DNA of 64,000 nucleotides, taken from contig JAEUKX010000102.1 in the NCBI GenBank assembly GCA_016794025.1, positions 1,538-65,537 on the forward strand. Reading direction: 5' to 3'. The stretch is from Rhodospirillales bacterium (GTDB lineage Bacteria; Pseudomonadota; Alphaproteobacteria; CACIAM-22H2). Both the position numbers and the translations under genes were made by a program. This document shows, in pieces, positions 60,355 through 64,000 of this stretch. Within the stretch, counting starts at the first letter, position 1. The number at the start of each line of letters is the position of its first letter. The notes under the pieces are model-generated. The model was given only the letters and a program-made list of their open reading frames with translations. It was not told the DNA's origin and made no database searches.

Positions 60355-60822
60355 ATGACGGCCGACCCGCCCAGCCTTGACGAACTCGCGCGCCGCTATC
60401 TCGATCTCTGGCAGGACCAGATCGTGGCTTTGTCCGCCGATCCGGATGTCGCGCGCACGCTGGGTCGCTATGCGCAGCTCTGGGCGAGCCTCGGGCCAGC
60501 CGGCATGGCCGGCGTATGGGCGGCGGCGGCCGAAGGGTTGAAGGGCGCGGGACCCGGTGCGAATGTGATGGCCGATGGCCCGTTCGCCGAATTCTTCAAG
60601 CATGCCGCCGGCGCCGCCACGGATCGGGCCGCGTCCGCTGGCCCTGCACGTGGCGATCGCGGCGACGAGCTGGCTGAGCTGCGCCGCCGCCTTGCCGTTC
60701 TCGAAGAGCGGGTCGCCAAAGGCAGTGCGCCTGCCGGGGCTGGCGTGGCATCCGAGCCTGCGCGAGCGGGCGCAAAACCTCGAAAGCGAACTCGCAAGAC
60801 ACCCGGAACCGGCGTTCCGTGA
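60355..60822 (+). CDS. Hypothetical protein. The N-terminal ~80 codons look coding; the 3' part overlaps the next gene in another frame.
   Basis: The ATG at 60355 is followed by strongly G/C-ending codons to about 60600. After that the coding signal moves to the frame of ORF 60575..61867. This may be a frameshifted N-terminus of the downstream gene. Confidence 0.35.
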   Translation: MTADPPSLDELARRYLDLWQDQIVALSADPDVARTLGRYAQLWASLGPAGMAGVWAAAAEGLKGAGPGANVMADGPFAEFFKHAAGAATDRAASAGPARGDRGDELAELRRRLAVLEERVAKGSAPAGAGVASEPARAGAKPRKRTRKTPGTGVP

Positions 60823-61867
60823 GGCGCTGGGTCGCGAGATAAAGACACGGCTGACCGAATTCCACGACGGGCTCACCCGCTATCGCAAACATCCCTGGCG
60901 CCGTGCGCCCGTCGAGATGCCGGCGATCTGGCAGGAAGGCACCACGCGGCTCGTTGACTATGCGCCCGATGCGCCCGCCGGCGCGCGCGCCGTTCTGCTT
61001 GTGCCCTCGCTCGTCAACCGGGCCTATGTGCTCGATCTCGACGAGGGAAATTCGTTTGCGCGCCATCTCGCCGCGCAAGGGTTTCGGCCGTTCCTCGTCG
61101 ACTGGGATGCGCCGGGAGATGTCGAACGAGGCTTCGGTCTGTCCGCATATGTCGACGGTCGGCTTGCCGGCGCGCTGGCAGCGGTCGAACGGGCTGGCGG
61201 CTCGCTTCCGGCAGTCGTCGGATACTGCATGGGCGGGCTCCTGACGCTTGGCCTTGCTGCCCGGCATCAGTCGCGCCTTGCGGGGCTGGTGCTGCTGGCC
61301 ACGCCCTGGGACTTCCACACCGAGCAGACCGAGACGACCTTCGGGATCGGCGACGCGCTGCGGCCGTGGTGGCCGTGGATCGAGGCAGCTGGCGAACTGC
61401 CGGTCGATGTGCTGCAGGCGTTGTTCGCGGCGCTCGATCCCTTCATGGCCGCGCGCAAGTTCCGTGCGCTTGCCGGCGTCGATCCGGAGAGCCCGCGCAT
61501 GCGCGCCTTCGTGGCGCTGGAGGACTGGCTCAACGACGGTGTGCCGCTTTCGGCGCCGGTCGCGCGCGAGACGCTCGTGGGCTGGTACGGCGAGAACCGT
61601 CCCGCTTCCGGCCGCTGGACGCTGTCGGGCCGCGCCATTTTACCGCAGGCGATCGATCTGCCCTCGTTGTGCATCGTTCCTGGGCAGGACCGCATCGTGC
61701 CTCCCGCAAGTGCACTGGCGCTCGCAAAGCGGCTCAAAAAGGCTGAAACGCTCGAACGCAAGCTCGGCCATATCGGCCTCGTCGTCGGCGGACGGGCGAA
61801 AGAGGATGTCTGGGCGCCGATCGTGGCCTGGCTGGCACGCTTGCCCGGCCCGCGCAGCCACGCGTAG
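60575..61867 (+). CDS. Alpha/beta hydrolase related to PHA synthase (PhaC class III-like)
   Basis: It has the lipase-box-like GYCMGG, a conserved Asp/His context near the C-terminus (VPGQDRIVP...GHIGLVVG), and PHB-locus context. The start is unresolved; a frame-2 stop at 60566-60568 limits extension upstream. Confidence 0.7.
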   Translation: MARSPNSSSMPPAPPRIGPRPLALHVAIAATSWLSCAAALPFSKSGSPKAVRLPGLAWHPSLRERAQNLESELARHPEPAFREALGREIKTRLTEFHDGLTRYRKHPWRRAPVEMPAIWQEGTTRLVDYAPDAPAGARAVLLVPSLVNRAYVLDLDEGNSFARHLAAQGFRPFLVDWDAPGDVERGFGLSAYVDGRLAGALAAVERAGGSLPAVVGYCMGGLLTLGLAARHQSRLAGLVLLATPWDFHTEQTETTFGIGDALRPWWPWIEAAGELPVDVLQALFAALDPFMAARKFRALAGVDPESPRMRAFVALEDWLNDGVPLSAPVARETLVGWYGENRPASGRWTLSGRAILPQAIDLPSLCIVPGQDRIVPPASALALAKRLKKAETLERKLGHIGLVVGGRAKEDVWAPIVAWLARLPGPRSHA

Positions 61868-61908
61868 AATTTGGCCAAATCAACTGCATTCCATAACGGG
61901 AGAGACCA

Positions 61909-63081
61909 ATGACCGATATCGTGATTGCCGCGGCCGCACGTACGCCCGTGGGCAGCTTCAACGGTGCGCTGTCGAGCGTGTCAGCACACATTCTCGGTCA
62001 GGTCGCGATCGTCGAGGCGATGAAGCGTGCCAACGTGGGCCCCGGCGATGTCGACGAGGCGATCATGGGCCAGATCCTGACCGCGGGGCAGGGCCAGAAT
62101 CCCGCGCGGCAGGCGGCGATCGGCGCCGGTATCCCGGCGGAGAAGACGGCCTATGGCATCAACCAGCTCTGCGGCTCGGGCCTGCGCGCGGTGGCGCTTG
62201 GCTGGCAGGCGATCCGCAACGGCGACAGCAACATTGTCGTCGCCGGCGGACAGGAGAGCATGAGCCAGGCGCCGCACGCCATGCACCTTCGCAACGGCAC
62301 GAAGATGGGCGCGGCCGAAATGGTCGACACCATGCTGAAGGACGGACTGTGGGATGCCTTCCACGGCTACCACATGGGAACGACGGCCGAGAACGTCGCC
62401 CAGAAATGGCAGATCACGCGCGAGGAACAGGACAAGTTCGCGCTTGCCTCGCAGAACAAGGCGGAGGCCGCGCAGAAGGCCGGGCGGTTCAAGGACGAGA
62501 TCGCGTCGGTCACCATCAAGGGCCGCAAGGGCGACGTCGTCGTTTCCGACGACGAATATCCCAAGCACGGCACGACGCTCGACACGCTCACCAAGCTGCG
62601 CCCGGCCTTCGACAAGAACGGCACGGTCACCGCGGGCAATGCCTCGGGTATCAATGACGGAGCTGCCGCTGTCGTGCTGATGACCGCCAAGGAGGCCGAG
62701 AAGCGCGGCGTCAAGGCGTTGGCGCGCATCGTTTCGTGGGCGACCGCGGGCGTCGACCCGGCGGTGATGGGTTCGGGCCCCATCCCGGCCTCGAAGGCGG
62801 CACTGGCCAAGGCCGGCTGGAAGATCGAGGATCTCGACCTCGTCGAGGCGAACGAGGCTTTTGCCGCGCAGGCACTTGCCGTCAACAAGACGTTGGGCTG
62901 GGATCCCGCGAAGGTCAACGTCAACGGCGGCGCCATCGCGATCGGCCACCCCGTGGGCGCGTCGGGCGCTCGGGTGCTGACGACCCTCCTCTACGAGATG
63001 GGCCGTCGCAACGCGAAGAAGGGTCTTGCGACGCTTTGCATCGGCGGCGGCATGGGCATCGCGATGTGCGTCGAACGCTGA
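61909..63081 (+). CDS. phaA: Acetyl-CoA acetyltransferase (beta-ketothiolase)
   Basis: 390 aa with [12 protein letters not shown] (active-site Cys), [11 protein letters not shown] and the C-terminal [14 protein letters not shown]...LCIGGGMG. Confidence 0.9.
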   Translation: MTDIVIAAAARTPVGSFNGALSSVSAHILGQVAIVEAMKRANVGPGDVDEAIMGQILTAGQGQNPARQAAIGAGIPAEKTAYGINQLCGSGLRAVALGWQAIRNGDSNIVVAGGQESMSQAPHAMHLRNGTKMGAAEMVDTMLKDGLWDAFHGYHMGTTAENVAQKWQITREEQDKFALASQNKAEAAQKAGRFKDEIASVTIKGRKGDVVVSDDEYPKHGTTLDTLTKLRPAFDKNGTVTAGNASGINDGAAAVVLMTAKEAEKRGVKALARIVSWATAGVDPAVMGSGPIPASKAALAKAGWKIEDLDLVEANEAFAAQALAVNKTLGWDPAKVNVNGGAIAIGHPVGASGARVLTTLLYEMGRRNAKKGLATLCIGGGMGIAMCVER

Positions 63082-63118
63082 ACTGAAAATCCAAAAAAAC
63101 AGAACAGGGAGAAGTCGC

Positions 63119-63844
63119 ATGGCGGGCAGAGTGGCGATCGTGACGGGCGGCACGCGCGGGATCGGCGAAGCGATCTGCGTGGGTCTTCGCGATGCGGGAT
63201 ACAAGGTCGCGGCGAACTACGGCGGCAACGATTCGGCCGCGCAGGAATTCACGAAGCGCACCGGCATCCCGTCGTTCAAGTGGGACGTCTCCAAGTACGA
63301 GGCATGCGTCGCGGGCGTGAAGGATGTCGAGGCCAAGCTCGGCCCGGTCGACATCCTCATCAACAATGCCGGCATCACGCGCGACGGCACGATGCACAAG
63401 ATGACGTTCGAGCAGTGGGACGCGGTCATCCAGACCAATCTCGGCTCGTGCTTCAACATGAGCCGTGCAGTGATCGAAGGCATGCGCGCGCGCAAGTTCG
63501 GCCGGATCGTCAATATCGGCTCGGTCAACGGCCAGGCCGGCCAATACGGCCAGGTCAACTATGCCGCCGCCAAGTCCGGCATCCATGGCTTCACGAAGGC
63601 GCTTGCCCAGGAAGGTGCAGCCGCCGGGATCACCGTGAATGCCATCGCGCCGGGCTATATCGATACCGACATGGTCCGCGCCGTGCCGCCCAACGTGCTT
63701 GAGAAGATCGTCGCGCGGATCCCGGTCGGCCGCCTCGGGAAGGCTTCGGAAATCGCGCGCGGCGTGCTCTTTCTCGTCGCCGACGACGGGGGATTCGTCA
63801 CGGGCTCGACCATGTCGATCAATGGCGGCCAGCACATGTATTGA
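63119..63844 (+). CDS. phaB: Acetoacetyl-CoA reductase
   Basis: ATG at 63119 follows GGGAGAAG. It has VTGGTRGIG, NNAGITRD, YAAAKSG and a C-terminal STMSINGGQHMY typical of PhaB. Confidence 0.9.
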   Translation: MAGRVAIVTGGTRGIGEAICVGLRDAGYKVAANYGGNDSAAQEFTKRTGIPSFKWDVSKYEACVAGVKDVEAKLGPVDILINNAGITRDGTMHKMTFEQWDAVIQTNLGSCFNMSRAVIEGMRARKFGRIVNIGSVNGQAGQYGQVNYAAAKSGIHGFTKALAQEGAAAGITVNAIAPGYIDTDMVRAVPPNVLEKIVARIPVGRLGKASEIARGVLFLVADDGGFVTGSTMSINGGQHMY

Positions 63845-63871
63845 AGCGGCCGCGCCGAACGGCTAGAGGAG

Positions 63872-63904
63872 GGCCCCCGGCTGTTGCCGGGGGCCTTTTT
63901 CTTT
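63872..63904 (+). terminator. Rho-independent terminator of phaAB
   Basis: Perfect 10-bp stem ggcccccggc/gccgggggcc with a 4-nt loop, followed by TTTTTCTTT. Confidence 0.8.
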
Positions 63905-63923
63905 GGAACCGGAGCCGCCCTGC

Positions 63924-64000
63924 GTGACCGTTCGTACGGCGACATTGATGGGTCTGGGGGCGATCGCGCTCTGGGCGTCGCTGGCCGTGCTCACGTCGAT
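63924..64000 (+). CDS. Start of a membrane protein (possibly EamA/DMT family), truncated by the window end
   Basis: GTG at 63924 is followed by a hydrophobic stretch, TATLMGLGAIALWASLAVLTS. Only 25 codons are visible. Confidence 0.3.
   Translation, partial: MTVRTATLMGLGAIALWASLAVLTS

Overview
High-GC (roughly two-thirds G+C by eye) chromosomal segment that looks alphaproteobacterial, probably Hyphomicrobiales/Rhizobiales-like. The markers are GapR/DUF2312, PhaR-PhaA-PhaB, uvrC-pgsA-moaDE synteny and a PetP/PetR-like MarR plus OmpR pair. I call about 69 protein-coding genes, densely packed. Translational coupling through 4-nt ATGA/GTGA/TTGA overlaps is pervasive. I saw no rRNA, tRNA, CRISPR array, IS element or prophage signature. 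Most long ORFs in the six-frame track are antisense or out-of-frame shadows typical of high-GC DNA. Layout: (1) 12-7140: LivGF ATPases, a RidA-like/formamidase fusion, a CDP-alcohol phosphatidyltransferase and an EmrAB-type efflux pair with its TetR regulator. (2) 7287-27550: a catabolic island. It holds a polar amino-acid/opine-type ABC importer with no ATPase gene, a DadA-like dehydrogenase, an AhpD-like protein, heterotetrameric SoxBDAG-type oxidase, a 2OG oxygenase and a LysR regulator. It also holds a PanE-type reductase / HisC-type aminotransferase / split ComDE-type ThDP decarboxylase operon, a DoeB-like deacylase, an orphan family-5 binding protein and hutU-hutI. (3) 27760-47689: housekeeping genes (csp, prfC, a two-component system, ilvE, Moco genes, pgsA, uvrC, folB, uvrB). 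(4) 47839-52442: a coupled aatA / PanE-like / ABC-exporter / MhpD-like operon. (5) 52505-64000: dps, pyk, glycerate kinase, a formylglutamate-amidohydrolase/YbdK ligase pair, DUF1244, gapR and the PHB locus. I found no clear-cut novel system such as a defence island. The most interesting items are three uncharacterised, tightly coupled metabolic modules, a frame switch upstream of the PhaC-like hydrolase, and DnaA-box clusters in two intergenic regions.
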